A DNA stretch of 32,000 nt, from positions 750,001-782,000 of the forward strand of contig NC_000918.1 of assembly GCF_000008625.1 (NCBI RefSeq), in the 5' to 3' direction. The stretch comes from Aquifex aeolicus VF5 (GTDB taxonomy: Bacteria > Aquificota > Aquificia > Aquificales > Aquificaceae). The translations under genes and the position numbers were made by a program. Positions 22,741-31,583 of this stretch are shown here, piece by piece (the first letter of the stretch is position 1; each line of letters opens with the position of its first letter). Under the pieces are notes generated by a model. That model was not told the origin of the DNA and ran no database searches. It worked only from the letters and a program-made list of their open reading frames with translations.

Positions 22741-23836
22741 TCCTGAGCTCGTAAAGGAAGCCTTAAAAAAGAAAAAAGTAAGGAGCGAAGAAGCCTTCGG
22801 CCTTGAGTATCTGAGGTTTAACGACGACTACAAGGACATACCAAGGGGAACCGCTATATTCAAGGACTTTATAATCTGGGGCTACCCCCACATAGGAAGG
22901 ATATTCTTATTGGAAACCGGATTAAGGGAACAATTTGAAGCCCCTTTCTGGGTGGAGGAAAAGGTTGACGGCTACAACACGAGGATTTTCAAGTACGGAG
23001 ACAATTACTACGCCCTCTCCAGGGGAGGATTTATATGCCCTTTTACAACCGACAGACTCCCGGACCTCATAGACTTAAGGATTTTGGACGAAAACCCCGA
23101 TTTGGTGATTTGTGCGGAAGTAGCTGGACCAGAGAATCCTTACATAGAGGAAAGTCCCCCTTACGTAAAGGAGGATGTCCAGCTCTTCGTGTTTGACTTC
23201 ATGAAGAAAAACGAGCAGGGATTTCTGAGTCAAGAAGAGAAAATGGAGCTGATAGAGAAATACAACCTCCCCCACGTTGAAATACTCGGAAGGTTCACGG
23301 CGAGCGAAGAAGGCATAAAGAAGATAAAGGAAATCCTGAAGAGGTTCAACGAAGAGGGAAGGGAAGGAGTCGTTTTCAAAGAAGACAGCGAAAGGAATAA
23401 GAGGGCAAAGTACATAACGAGCTACGCCAACCTGATGGACATAAAAACGAATGCCAAGAACATGCTCCAGCTTCCGCCAGAATACTACACAAACAGAATT
23501 CTCAGACTCGTTCTCTTTATGTACGAGGAAGGACTTAAAACAACTGAACACCTCTACGAAGAACTGGGCAGGGCTTTCATAGATGGGCTTTTTCAAGCAA
23601 TAGAACAGTTTGAAAAGGAACACAAGGTTTACAAGACCTTCACGTGTAAGTTCAGGAAGAAAGAAAACGCCATAGCACTCCTTGAACTCCTCTCTAAAAC
23701 TTCCAAACACATTCAGGTAAAGGAAAGGAGACTGGAGAAAGAAGGGGATTACTGGAGGCTTGAGTTTGACAAAGTATTCCTGAACATGACGGGATTACTC
23801 GGACATCTCCTGAGTGGCGGCATAGTTTATGATTAA
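22733..23836 (+). CDS. Archaeal-type ATP-dependent RNA ligase (Rnl3/Pab1020-like)
   Basis: Nucleotidyltransferase motif I EEKVDGYNTRIFKYG, RGGFICPFTTDR, VICAEVAGPENPY, EGVVFKEDSERNKRAKYIT; GTG start overlaps the purQ stop. Confidence 0.88.
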   Translation: MISPELVKEALKKKKVRSEEAFGLEYLRFNDDYKDIPRGTAIFKDFIIWGYPHIGRIFLLETGLREQFEAPFWVEEKVDGYNTRIFKYGDNYYALSRGGFICPFTTDRLPDLIDLRILDENPDLVICAEVAGPENPYIEESPPYVKEDVQLFVFDFMKKNEQGFLSQEEKMELIEKYNLPHVEILGRFTASEEGIKKIKEILKRFNEEGREGVVFKEDSERNKRAKYITSYANLMDIKTNAKNMLQLPPEYYTNRILRLVLFMYEEGLKTTEHLYEELGRAFIDGLFQAIEQFEKEHKVYKTFTCKFRKKENAIALLELLSKTSKHIQVKERRLEKEGDYWRLEFDKVFLNMTGLLGHLLSGGIVYD

Positions 23837-23848
23837 TTAATTCGTAAG

Positions 23849-24085
23849 ATGGTGGAGATAAGGTACTTTTCCATTCTCAGGGAGAAGCTCGGTAAAGAAA
23901 AGGAAGAGTTTGAGTTTGAAGGCACCGTATCTGAGCTCAGGAAACTACTACTGAGTAAGTATCCCGAGATAGAAAATATATTGAACTCCGTTAAGTTTGC
24001 CGTTAACGAAGAGTACGTGGATGAGGACTATAAAATCTCCGACGGGGATAGGGTTGCTTTAATACCTCCAGTTAGCGGTGGTTAA
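23849..24085 (+). CDS. moaD: MoaD/ThiS family sulfur-carrier protein
   Basis: 78 aa ubiquitin-like fold pattern ending in DGDRVALIPPVSGG (C-terminal GG). Confidence 0.9.
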   Translation: MVEIRYFSILREKLGKEKEEFEFEGTVSELRKLLLSKYPEIENILNSVKFAVNEEYVDEDYKISDGDRVALIPPVSGG

Positions 24086-24105
24086 AACTTCTTGGAGGTG
24101 GAAGG

Positions 24106-24621
24106 ATGGAAGACTTCTACGTTGAAGATTACCTTGTAAAGGGAGATCGCTACTACACAAAAGAGCACGAGTGGGTCAGGGTTAAAAACGGCTTTGCGGA
24201 AGTTGGTATAACAGATTACGCCCAGAAACAACTGGGAGACATAGTTTACGTGGACCTTCCCGAGAAGGGAAAGGAGGTGGATGCGGGAGACACCTTGGCT
24301 AACATAGAGTCCGTTAAAAACGTAGCTCCCGTTTACGCACCCGTTACGGGCACAGTTGTGGAGGTAAACGAGGACCTCAAAGACGAGCCGGGGATAATAA
24401 ACGACGACCCGTATGAGGCGGGCTGGATAGCTGTTATAGAGATGAAGGATCCCACGGAAGTGGAAGATTTGATGACAGCACAGGATTACGCAGAGTACCT
24501 CAAAGAAATTGTAGAAGAGGAAAAGGAAGAAGAAGTTGAAGTAAAAGAAGAGGAATTAATAGAAACCGAGTCCATAGAAGAGTTGTCCGAAGAAGAACTC
24601 GGATACGAGGAGAATAAATGA
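24106..24621 (+). CDS. gcvH: Glycine cleavage system H protein-like, with acidic C-terminal tail
   Basis: YTKEHEWVRVKNGFAEVGITDYAQKQLGDIVYVDLP, lipoylation motif NIESVKNVAPVYAPVTG; extra ~45-aa Glu-rich tail. Confidence 0.95.
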   Translation: MEDFYVEDYLVKGDRYYTKEHEWVRVKNGFAEVGITDYAQKQLGDIVYVDLPEKGKEVDAGDTLANIESVKNVAPVYAPVTGTVVEVNEDLKDEPGIINDDPYEAGWIAVIEMKDPTEVEDLMTAQDYAEYLKEIVEEEKEEEVEVKEEELIETESIEELSEEELGYEENK

Positions 24622-25937
24622 GTTACATTCCTCATTCGGAGGAAGAAACAAAAGAGATACTCTCAAAACTCGGTCTAGAAAGCTTAGAGGATCTCTTTTC
24701 CCACATACCAAAAGAGCTTTTTGCAAAGGATTTTTCCTTTCCCGAACCAAAATCCGAGGAAGAACTCAGGAGAATTTTTGAAAGAGCCTGTGAAGACACG
24801 GAATTACCACTTTACTTTATAGGAGCGGGAGCTTACGACAGAATAATCCCCTCTGTAATATGGCAGATACTCAGCAGAGGCGAGTTCCTGACTCCTTACA
24901 CCCCCTATCAGGCGGAAGCCTCACAGGGAACACTTCAGGCTATTTTTGAGTACCAATCACTTATATGTGAGCTCACGGGAATGGACGTGGCAAACGCCTC
25001 CATGTACGACGGGGCTTCAGCCCTTGCGGAAGCTGTTTTAATGGCAAGGGCAATAAAAGGTAAGGGGGACACTGTTGTCCTCTCTAAAGCCCTAAACCCC
25101 CTTTACAGGCGAACCGTAAAAACTTACCTAAGAGGGTATGAGGACAAAATTGTTGAAGTTCCGTACACTGAAGAGGGAACAACTGACCTGAACAACCTGG
25201 AAGAGGTTCTAAAAGAAAGCGAAGTTCACGCCCTTGCGGTTCAGTATCCAAACTTCTTCGGCTTTGTAGAACCACTAAAGGAAATAGGAGAACTTTGCAA
25301 GAAATACGAGGTTCCTTTCGTAGTCTTTGTGGACCCAATAGCCCTTTCTATCCTGAAACCTCCCGCGGAGTTTGGAGCGGACATAGTTGTGGGAGAAGGA
25401 CAGCAGATGGGAATCCCGCTGTCTTTCGGCGGACCTTATGTGGGATTCTTTGCGACTAAGAAGGAACACGTGAGAAAGATGCCCGGAAGACTCGTGGGAA
25501 TGGGAGAGGATATTGAAGGAAAAAGAGCTTTTACCTTGGTTCTCCAGACTAGGGAACAGCACATAAGGAGAGAAAGGGCAACCTCCAACATATGCACAAA
25601 CCAGAACTTGATGGCTCTTGCAAACCTCCTTTACATGGTTCTCCTCGGAAAGGAAGGTATGAAAAAGGTAGCAGTTCAGAGTCTCTCCAAGGCACTTTAC
25701 TTCAAAAAAGAATTAATGAAAAAGGGATTTGAAGAAGTCTTTACCGGTAAACACCTCTGGGAATTTCCCTTAAGACACGAAAGCCTAAAGGCTATATACA
25801 GGAAACTCTTGAAAGAGAAAATAGTCCTCGGTCTTCCTCTGGATAGATTTTACGAAGACTTAAAAAACACTACATTAATAGCAGTTACGGAAAAGAGAAC
25901 GAAAGAGGAAATAGACTCCGTCTTAGCACTTCTTTAG
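24618..25937 (+). CDS. gcvPA: Glycine dehydrogenase (decarboxylating) subunit 1
   Basis: YIPHSEEETKEILSKLGLESLEDLF, FLTPYTPYQAEASQGTLQAIFEYQSLICELTGMDVANASMYDG, 4-nt overlap with gcvH. Confidence 0.97.
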   Translation: MSYIPHSEEETKEILSKLGLESLEDLFSHIPKELFAKDFSFPEPKSEEELRRIFERACEDTELPLYFIGAGAYDRIIPSVIWQILSRGEFLTPYTPYQAEASQGTLQAIFEYQSLICELTGMDVANASMYDGASALAEAVLMARAIKGKGDTVVLSKALNPLYRRTVKTYLRGYEDKIVEVPYTEEGTTDLNNLEEVLKESEVHALAVQYPNFFGFVEPLKEIGELCKKYEVPFVVFVDPIALSILKPPAEFGADIVVGEGQQMGIPLSFGGPYVGFFATKKEHVRKMPGRLVGMGEDIEGKRAFTLVLQTREQHIRRERATSNICTNQNLMALANLLYMVLLGKEGMKKVAVQSLSKALYFKKELMKKGFEEVFTGKHLWEFPLRHESLKAIYRKLLKEKIVLGLPLDRFYEDLKNTTLIAVTEKRTKEEIDSVLALL

Positions 25938-26378
25938 GATTTCCCTTAATTTCTTCTCCATCCTTTCAAAGTGCGAACCCTTCCAGAAGACCGCTCCGCA
26001 CTTGGGACAGAGCGTAAAGTCCGTAGCCTCTTTATATACCCTTTCCGGAACACTTTCCTTTACCTCTTCCCTGCTCACAAAAAGCAAAGGAGTGGAGCAG
26101 TAAGCGCAGAGATTTAACTTGAGCTCTGGTTTTAAATTGAGAGTTTTTATTACCGTGCAGAGCTGAACTTCAAAGTCGTGCCTCGGAACTAAGACTGCAC
26201 GAATTCCCAGTTTATTTAAACGCTCGTACCACCTCCTTGAGGTCGTTATAAAAACTCCATCGGGCTTTATCTTATTTAAGTCCACTTTTCCCTTTATAAC
26301 ATGAGCCGGATAACCGAGGAATCTGAGCCATCTGGCGAGCTTTTCCAGGTTCTCCTCAAGGTAAAATTTCGTAGTCAT
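25923..26378 (-). CDS. Mut7-C RNase-domain protein
   Basis: KFYLEENLEKLARWLRFLGYPAH, ITTSRRWYERL, zinc ribbon CAYCSTPL...CPKCGAVFWKGSHFERM. Confidence 0.88.
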   Translation of the reverse strand: MTTKFYLEENLEKLARWLRFLGYPAHVIKGKVDLNKIKPDGVFITTSRRWYERLNKLGIRAVLVPRHDFEVQLCTVIKTLNLKPELKLNLCAYCSTPLLFVSREEVKESVPERVYKEATDFTLCPKCGAVFWKGSHFERMEKKLREILKKC

Positions 26379-26571
26379 ACTCTTGGGGTTCCTTTTCCTT
26401 TACCTTCACCCTGACCTTCGGACACATAACAGCCGAGATGTCTACCTTTCCTATTTTTCCCACGGCAGGTGCTATAAGACAAAGGCCTAGATCCACTCCC
26501 TCTACTTCTGCCCTTTTACCCGAGCAGGAGAGTAAAAGCAAAGTAAAAAAAGCTAAGATTAACCCTACCAT
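26356..26571 (-). CDS. Small putative lipoprotein (71 aa)
   Basis: MVGLILAFFTLLLLSCSGKR has a hydrophobic signal with lipobox LLSC; start overlaps the following ORF's context. Confidence 0.5.
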   Translation of the reverse strand: MVGLILAFFTLLLLSCSGKRAEVEGVDLGLCLIAPAVGKIGKVDISAVMCPKVRVKVKEKEPQEYDYEILP

Positions 26572-26594
26572 CTAAGTTTTATAATATTTCCCGC

Positions 26595-27260
26595 ATGCCA
26601 AAACTCTACGTCATCCCAACACCCATAGGGAACTTAAAAGACATAACACTAAGAGCCTTGGAAGTGCTAAAGGAAGTAAATTACATAGCCTGTGAGGACA
26701 CAAGGAGGACGATGATACTCCTGAATCACTACGGTATAAAGGGAAAAAAGTTAATCTCCTATTACGAACCGAAGGAAGAAAAACAAATCCCTAAGATTTT
26801 AAAGGTCCTTGAAAAGGAAGACGTGGCTCTCGTTACGGACGCCGGTATGCCTGCCATATCGGACCCCGGCTACAGACTGATAAGAAAGTGTATAGAGAAA
26901 GGTATAGAGATAGAGGTCCTTCCGGGGCCAAGTGCAGTTATTACCGCACTCGTGGGCTCGGGTCTTCCCCCAGACAGGTTTCTCTTCGTGGGTTTCCCTC
27001 CCAAAAAGGGCACTAAGGGATTCTTTGAGGAATTGAAGAGCTGTGAGGACACTACCGTTATTCTCTTTGAGAACCCGAACAGATTACTTAAAACCTTGAA
27101 GATTATTCACGAAGTTTTTGGTAACGTTCAGGCTTGCGTTGCAAGGGAGCTCACAAAACTCCACGAAGAATACATAAGGGGAAACTTAGAGGAAATAATT
27201 CAGGAACTCGAAAGCAGGGAAAAGATTAAAGGGGAGGTTGTAGTACTTTTCAGGATTTAA
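26595..27260 (+). CDS. rsmI: 16S rRNA (cytidine-2'-O)-methyltransferase
   Basis: LYVIPTPIGNLKDITLRALEVLKEVNYIACEDTRRTMILLNHYGI, ALVTDAGMPAISDPGYRLI. Confidence 0.97.
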   Translation: MPKLYVIPTPIGNLKDITLRALEVLKEVNYIACEDTRRTMILLNHYGIKGKKLISYYEPKEEKQIPKILKVLEKEDVALVTDAGMPAISDPGYRLIRKCIEKGIEIEVLPGPSAVITALVGSGLPPDRFLFVGFPPKKGTKGFFEELKSCEDTTVILFENPNRLLKTLKIIHEVFGNVQACVARELTKLHEEYIRGNLEEIIQELESREKIKGEVVVLFRI

Positions 27261-27270
27261 ATTTTTGTAT

Positions 27271-28230
27271 ATGTTCAGAATTATCATTCTAATTTTTCTG
27301 ATTTTTACCGTTTCGTGTGAGAAAAGAGAAGAGATAAATATAGCGGTTTTCATTTCGGGTGATGGAAGGCTTGAAAAAGTAGGGGGATTTATAAAGGGTT
27401 TAAAAGATTTAGGTATTAAGAATATAAAAATAGACTTATATAAAGGAAACAATTCGTTAAAATCTTTGGAAGATTTGGCACAGAACTTAAATTTGAAGAC
27501 TAAAAGGTACAGACTGATCGCTGCGGGGGGAAGCCTTGAGGCGTACATATTGAAGAAGCACGGTGTAAATGAGAAAATTCCCGTAGTAATCCTGGGAGGC
27601 ACTTCCATACTCAGCTGGGGATTGACTGATAGTTTTTCAAGACCCTCGGAAAACATAACGGGAGTTAATAACTTAAACGCTGAGCTGATGGAAAAAAGGA
27701 TAGAGCTGTTCACTTACATGTTCCCCGACGTAAGGAAGGTAATAATATTCTGCTCTCCAAAGTTTGAAGCTTCCAGAAAAGCTGCGAGGATTACCATCAA
27801 GACGGCAAAGAAGTTTAACCTGAAGGTGGTGCCCCTTTACGTTAAAGACGTAAAAGAACTTGAGTTCGTCATGAGTCACATGAAGGAAGACGGATACGGG
27901 GCTGTTATAATGACACCGTGTTATTACACAGAGAACTTTCTCACCCACTACATACTCCACTATGCGAACTTTTATAAAGTGCCTGTGTTTTGTCATTCTC
28001 CGGAATTTGCGAAAGAAGGTTGTCCCGTAGCGTACGGCACCCCCGCCTTTGAGCAGGGATACACCGCTGCCCACGTTGCTTACAAAATACTCAAAGGTAT
28101 TCCCGTGGAAAACGTGCCCTTCGTAAGGGCGTATTCTCCTAAGTTCATTCTCAATTTATCCGCCTTAAAGGAACTTTACGTTCAATACAACGAAAGAATC
28201 CTCGTATACGCAGACGAGGTAGTGAAATGA
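27271..28230 (+). CDS. ABC transporter substrate-binding-like lipoprotein (PF04392-like)
   Basis: Lipobox FTVSC after MFRIIILIFLI; INIAVFISGDGRLEKVGGFIKGLKDLGI, VPVVILGGTS..., PVFCHSPEFAKEGCPVAYGTPAFEQG. The track start (TTG, 27265) may be less likely than ATG at 27271. Confidence 0.8.
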   Translation: MFRIIILIFLIFTVSCEKREEINIAVFISGDGRLEKVGGFIKGLKDLGIKNIKIDLYKGNNSLKSLEDLAQNLNLKTKRYRLIAAGGSLEAYILKKHGVNEKIPVVILGGTSILSWGLTDSFSRPSENITGVNNLNAELMEKRIELFTYMFPDVRKVIIFCSPKFEASRKAARITIKTAKKFNLKVVPLYVKDVKELEFVMSHMKEDGYGAVIMTPCYYTENFLTHYILHYANFYKVPVFCHSPEFAKEGCPVAYGTPAFEQGYTAAHVAYKILKGIPVENVPFVRAYSPKFILNLSALKELYVQYNERILVYADEVVK

Positions 28231-30167
28231 CGTTAAAGACAAAGATCATCTTACTCGTGATTCTCCTGACCGCTTTACCTGCACTCCTTTCGCTCCTTCA
28301 CTACTACTCCATGAAAAGGGAATTAATACAGAAAGCTCTCGAACGAAACAGGGAAATCGTTGAAAAACTCGCGGACAGAGTGGATATGTACATATCAGAA
28401 ACGCTTCATTCAATAGCTTCAAAGGTGAATCAGTACAAAGGTTACGGGCTTAACGAAAGGGAGATTATCTGGAAGATAACGGGAGAAGTTTACGGCGTTT
28501 TTGAAGGAGCCTTTTACTCCCCCGAAGGAAAACTAATCACGAGTGCAAGCAGGGAAAAGGTAAATCCTAATTTTCCAGAAAGAATAAGCCCTGAGGGAAG
28601 GAGCAAACTCCTTTACACCCCGTACCTTGAACCTTACGTTAGGGTACTTTACAAGGACGAAGAATTCGGAATTACGTTCGGTTACTACATCTTTTCTTTA
28701 GACCTTTCTGCTTTCTGGAACAGGCTCGTGAACAGGTACAAAGGTCTGGAGGCGTTTTTACTGGACGAAAACTCCAGACTTATAGCCTTTCCCGATACTA
28801 GATTTTACGACGGAAGGAAAATTCCCTTAAGGGAAGGGATTTACAGGTCGGATTTCTTGGGTACGGATGTTATCGGAACCTTTGCAAAGAGTAAGGGAGG
28901 TAAGTGGATCGTTTACGCAGAGGAGCCGTTAATTTACGTACTCTCCCCTCTGGAAAACTACAGAAAGGAAGTAATACTCGCCGGATTGTTTACCTCCTTT
29001 TCGGGAGGAATACTCTGTCTTATCATCATCATCAGGATATTTAAGCCCCTTGAAAATTTCAAAGATTATGTAGTTTCCTGGGCAAAAGAAAACTTGAGTG
29101 AAAACTTAAAACTAAAGGACGACGTTGAAATCTTCTTAAAAACTTTCAGGAGCCTGATTAAGAAAGTAGAGGAGGAAAAGAAGATATACGAAGCCTTCTT
29201 TAAAAACTCCTTTGACGGTGTAGTTTTGTTCGACACATCCCTGAAAGTTTCAAACGTGAACGAAAATTTCTGTGAAATATTTCAAGTGAAAAAAGACGAA
29301 GTCATAGGAAAGAGTATGGAGGACCTGATAGGTGAAAGATTGCCTTTGAAGAACACCTTTATAAGGGAGGTAGAACTGAAGTTAGGGAAAAAACACTACT
29401 GCAGTTTGAGGCAGGGTATACTCATCATAGAAGACGTGCCGTACGTAGTCTGGTGGCTAAAGGATTTATCAAAGGAAAAAGAATTAAGGGGAATGCTAGA
29501 GAGAACCTCTAAGCTCGCTGTTGCAGGTGAGATAGCCTGTTCCTTAGCCCACCAGCTAAACACTCCCCTTGCGTCGATTATGGGATATGCGGAACTCCTG
29601 AACCTCTCGGAAAAAGACCAGAGGACTAAGGAAAAACTGGATCTGATTATTAAGCAAGCTCACAGGTGTAAGGAGATTATAGGAAAGATGCTTTACTTGG
29701 GAAAGGTGGATTCCCGACCAGCGTACGTAAACTTAGAAGAATTAATCCTTGAAGTTCTGGAAATACTCGAACCTAAAGCGCGGAAAAAGGGCGTTAACGT
29801 AAGGTTCGAGAATGGAGACGCGGGAAAGATTTTCGGTTTTCCATGGCAGATTGAGCAGATATTGATTAACATTTTAGACAACGCAATAGACGCATTACCT
29901 GAGGGTGAAAGTATCTACATAAAGCTCAAAAAGGAAGAAGAATACGTGGTTCTGGAAGTAAAGGACAAAGGAAAGGGATTTGAAGACCCGGAAAAGGCTT
30001 TTGAGCCCTTTTACACTACAAAACAAAACGGAACGGGACTGGGACTTTCCATAGTAAAAACTTTTGTAGAAGGTATGAACGGAAAAATTGAAGTAAAAAA
30101 CTGCAGCGGTGCTTTGGTTAAAGTGTATCTGCCGGAGGTAGCGGAAAGTGAACGTTTTGGTAATTGA
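28227..30167 (+). CDS. Membrane sensor histidine kinase with periplasmic sensor, PAS and HisKA/HATPase domains
   Basis: Two TM segments flanking a large N-terminal domain, PAS-like segment from EEEKKIYEAFFKNSFDGVVLFD, H-box ACSLAHQLNTPLASIMGYAELL, ATPase G1/G2 boxes (DKGKGFEDPEKAFEPFYTTKQNGTGLGLSI). Confidence 0.95.
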   Translation: MTLKTKIILLVILLTALPALLSLLHYYSMKRELIQKALERNREIVEKLADRVDMYISETLHSIASKVNQYKGYGLNEREIIWKITGEVYGVFEGAFYSPEGKLITSASREKVNPNFPERISPEGRSKLLYTPYLEPYVRVLYKDEEFGITFGYYIFSLDLSAFWNRLVNRYKGLEAFLLDENSRLIAFPDTRFYDGRKIPLREGIYRSDFLGTDVIGTFAKSKGGKWIVYAEEPLIYVLSPLENYRKEVILAGLFTSFSGGILCLIIIIRIFKPLENFKDYVVSWAKENLSENLKLKDDVEIFLKTFRSLIKKVEEEKKIYEAFFKNSFDGVVLFDTSLKVSNVNENFCEIFQVKKDEVIGKSMEDLIGERLPLKNTFIREVELKLGKKHYCSLRQGILIIEDVPYVVWWLKDLSKEKELRGMLERTSKLAVAGEIACSLAHQLNTPLASIMGYAELLNLSEKDQRTKEKLDLIIKQAHRCKEIIGKMLYLGKVDSRPAYVNLEELILEVLEILEPKARKKGVNVRFENGDAGKIFGFPWQIEQILINILDNAIDALPEGESIYIKLKKEEEYVVLEVKDKGKGFEDPEKAFEPFYTTKQNGTGLGLSIVKTFVEGMNGKIEVKNCSGALVKVYLPEVAESERFGN

Positions 30168-31467
30168 AGATGACAAGGTTTTCAGAGGTTTACTCGAGGA
30201 ATACCTTTCCATGAAAGGTATAAAAGTTGAGAGTGCTGAGAGGGGAAAGGAAGCGTACAAACTCCTTTCGGAAAAACACTTCAACGTGGTACTCCTTGAT
30301 CTCCTGCTTCCAGACGTGAACGGACTGGAAATACTCAAGTGGATTAAAGAAAGAAGCCCGGAAACGGAAGTAATCGTAATTACGGGACACGGAACTATAA
30401 AAACTGCGGTAGAAGCTATGAAAATGGGAGCGTACGACTTTTTAACAAAACCCTGCATGCTCGAAGAAATAGAACTCACTATAAATAAGGCGATAGAACA
30501 CAGGAAATTGAGGAAAGAAAACGAATTACTGAGAAGGGAAAAGGACTTAAAGGAAGAGGAGTACGTATTCGAAAGCCCCAAAATGAAGGAGATTCTGGAA
30601 AAAATTAAGAAGATTTCCTGTGCGGAATGTCCCGTCCTTATCACGGGAGAAAGCGGAGTTGGAAAGGAGGTTGTGGCACGGCTTATACACAAATTGAGCG
30701 ACAGATCTAAAGAGCCCTTTGTTGCATTAAATGTTGCTTCAATTCCCCGGGATATATTCGAAGCGGAACTCTTCGGGTACGAAAAGGGAGCCTTCACGGG
30801 AGCAGTATCTTCCAAGGAAGGTTTTTTTGAGCTTGCGGACGGAGGAACACTCTTTTTGGACGAGATAGGTGAGCTGAGTTTAGAGGCTCAGGCAAAACTG
30901 CTCAGGGTAATTGAGAGCGGAAAGTTTTACAGACTCGGCGGAAGGAAGGAAATTGAAGTAAACGTAAGGATTCTGGCCGCAACTAATAGAAACATTAAAG
31001 AACTTGTAAAGGAAGGAAAGTTCAGGGAAGACCTTTACTACAGACTCGGAGTTATCGAGATAGAAATACCACCTTTGAGGGAAAGGAAGGAAGACATAAT
31101 CCCTCTCGCCAATCACTTTCTGAAAAAGTTTAGCAGGAAGTACGCAAAAGAAGTGGAGGGATTCACAAAAAGTGCCCAAGAACTTCTACTAAGTTATCCC
31201 TGGTACGGAAACGTGAGGGAACTCAAAAACGTAATTGAAAGGGCTGTACTCTTTTCCGAGGGAAAGTTTATAGACAGAGGGGAATTGTCCTGCTTGGTAA
31301 ATTCAAAAGGGATAAAAAACAAACACAAAAGTATAAAGGAAATTGAAAAGGAAGAAATAATAAAAGTCTTGAAAGAGGTAAATTTCAATAAAAAACTTGC
31401 TTCCGAGATCCTTGGGATTCCCTTAAGAACTCTCTACAGGAGACTGAAGGAGTACGGAATAGAGTAA
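30148..31467 (+). CDS. ntrC1: Sigma-54-dependent response regulator NtrC1
   Basis: Receiver domain MNVLVIEDDKVFRGLL...LLDLLLPD, AAA+ with GESGVGKEVVARLIH and GAFTGA, Fis-type HTH at the C-terminus; sequence recognised as A. aeolicus NtrC1. Confidence 0.97.
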   Translation: MNVLVIEDDKVFRGLLEEYLSMKGIKVESAERGKEAYKLLSEKHFNVVLLDLLLPDVNGLEILKWIKERSPETEVIVITGHGTIKTAVEAMKMGAYDFLTKPCMLEEIELTINKAIEHRKLRKENELLRREKDLKEEEYVFESPKMKEILEKIKKISCAECPVLITGESGVGKEVVARLIHKLSDRSKEPFVALNVASIPRDIFEAELFGYEKGAFTGAVSSKEGFFELADGGTLFLDEIGELSLEAQAKLLRVIESGKFYRLGGRKEIEVNVRILAATNRNIKELVKEGKFREDLYYRLGVIEIEIPPLRERKEDIIPLANHFLKKFSRKYAKEVEGFTKSAQELLLSYPWYGNVRELKNVIERAVLFSEGKFIDRGELSCLVNSKGIKNKHKSIKEIEKEEIIKVLKEVNFNKKLASEILGIPLRTLYRRLKEYGIE

Positions 31468-31476
31468 TTGTCAGAC

Positions 31477-31504
31477 TGGCAAATTTTTGCCAAAATGGCA
31501 AAAA
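31477..31504. promoter_or_regulatory. Enhancer-like site with three alternating TGGCAAA half-sites
   Basis: TGGCAAA-TT-TTTGCCA (31477-31492) overlaps TTTTTGCCA-AAA-TGGCAAAAA (31484-31504); both dyads are perfect. Confidence 0.8.
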
Positions 31505-31542
31505 TCCCTTCCTCTAACCCTTGATTTTCAAGCTCAAGAATT

Positions 31543-31558
31543 TGGCACACTACTTGCA
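31543..31558 (+). promoter_or_regulatory. Sigma-54 (-24/-12) promoter
   Basis: TGGCAC-ACTAC-TTGCA matches the TGGCAC-N5-TTGCW consensus exactly, 25 nt upstream of the ATG at 31584. Confidence 0.92.
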
Positions 31559-31583
31559 TTTATCCGTTCAGGAGGTGAGAGAT

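Noticed and set aside
23075-23710. 211-aa minus-strand ORF opposite the RNA ligase
   Set aside because: Long, but antisense to a protein with intact catalytic motifs; Phe/Leu/Val-rich composition typical of shadow ORFs.
29895-30815. 306-aa minus-strand ORF opposite the kinase and ntrC1
   Set aside because: Antisense of conserved two-component genes, Ser/Phe-rich, no domain.
31477-31504. Rho-independent terminator of ntrC1
   Set aside because: The dyad is AT-rich with weak stem cores and lacks a following T-run; its position before a perfect sigma-54 promoter fits an enhancer better.
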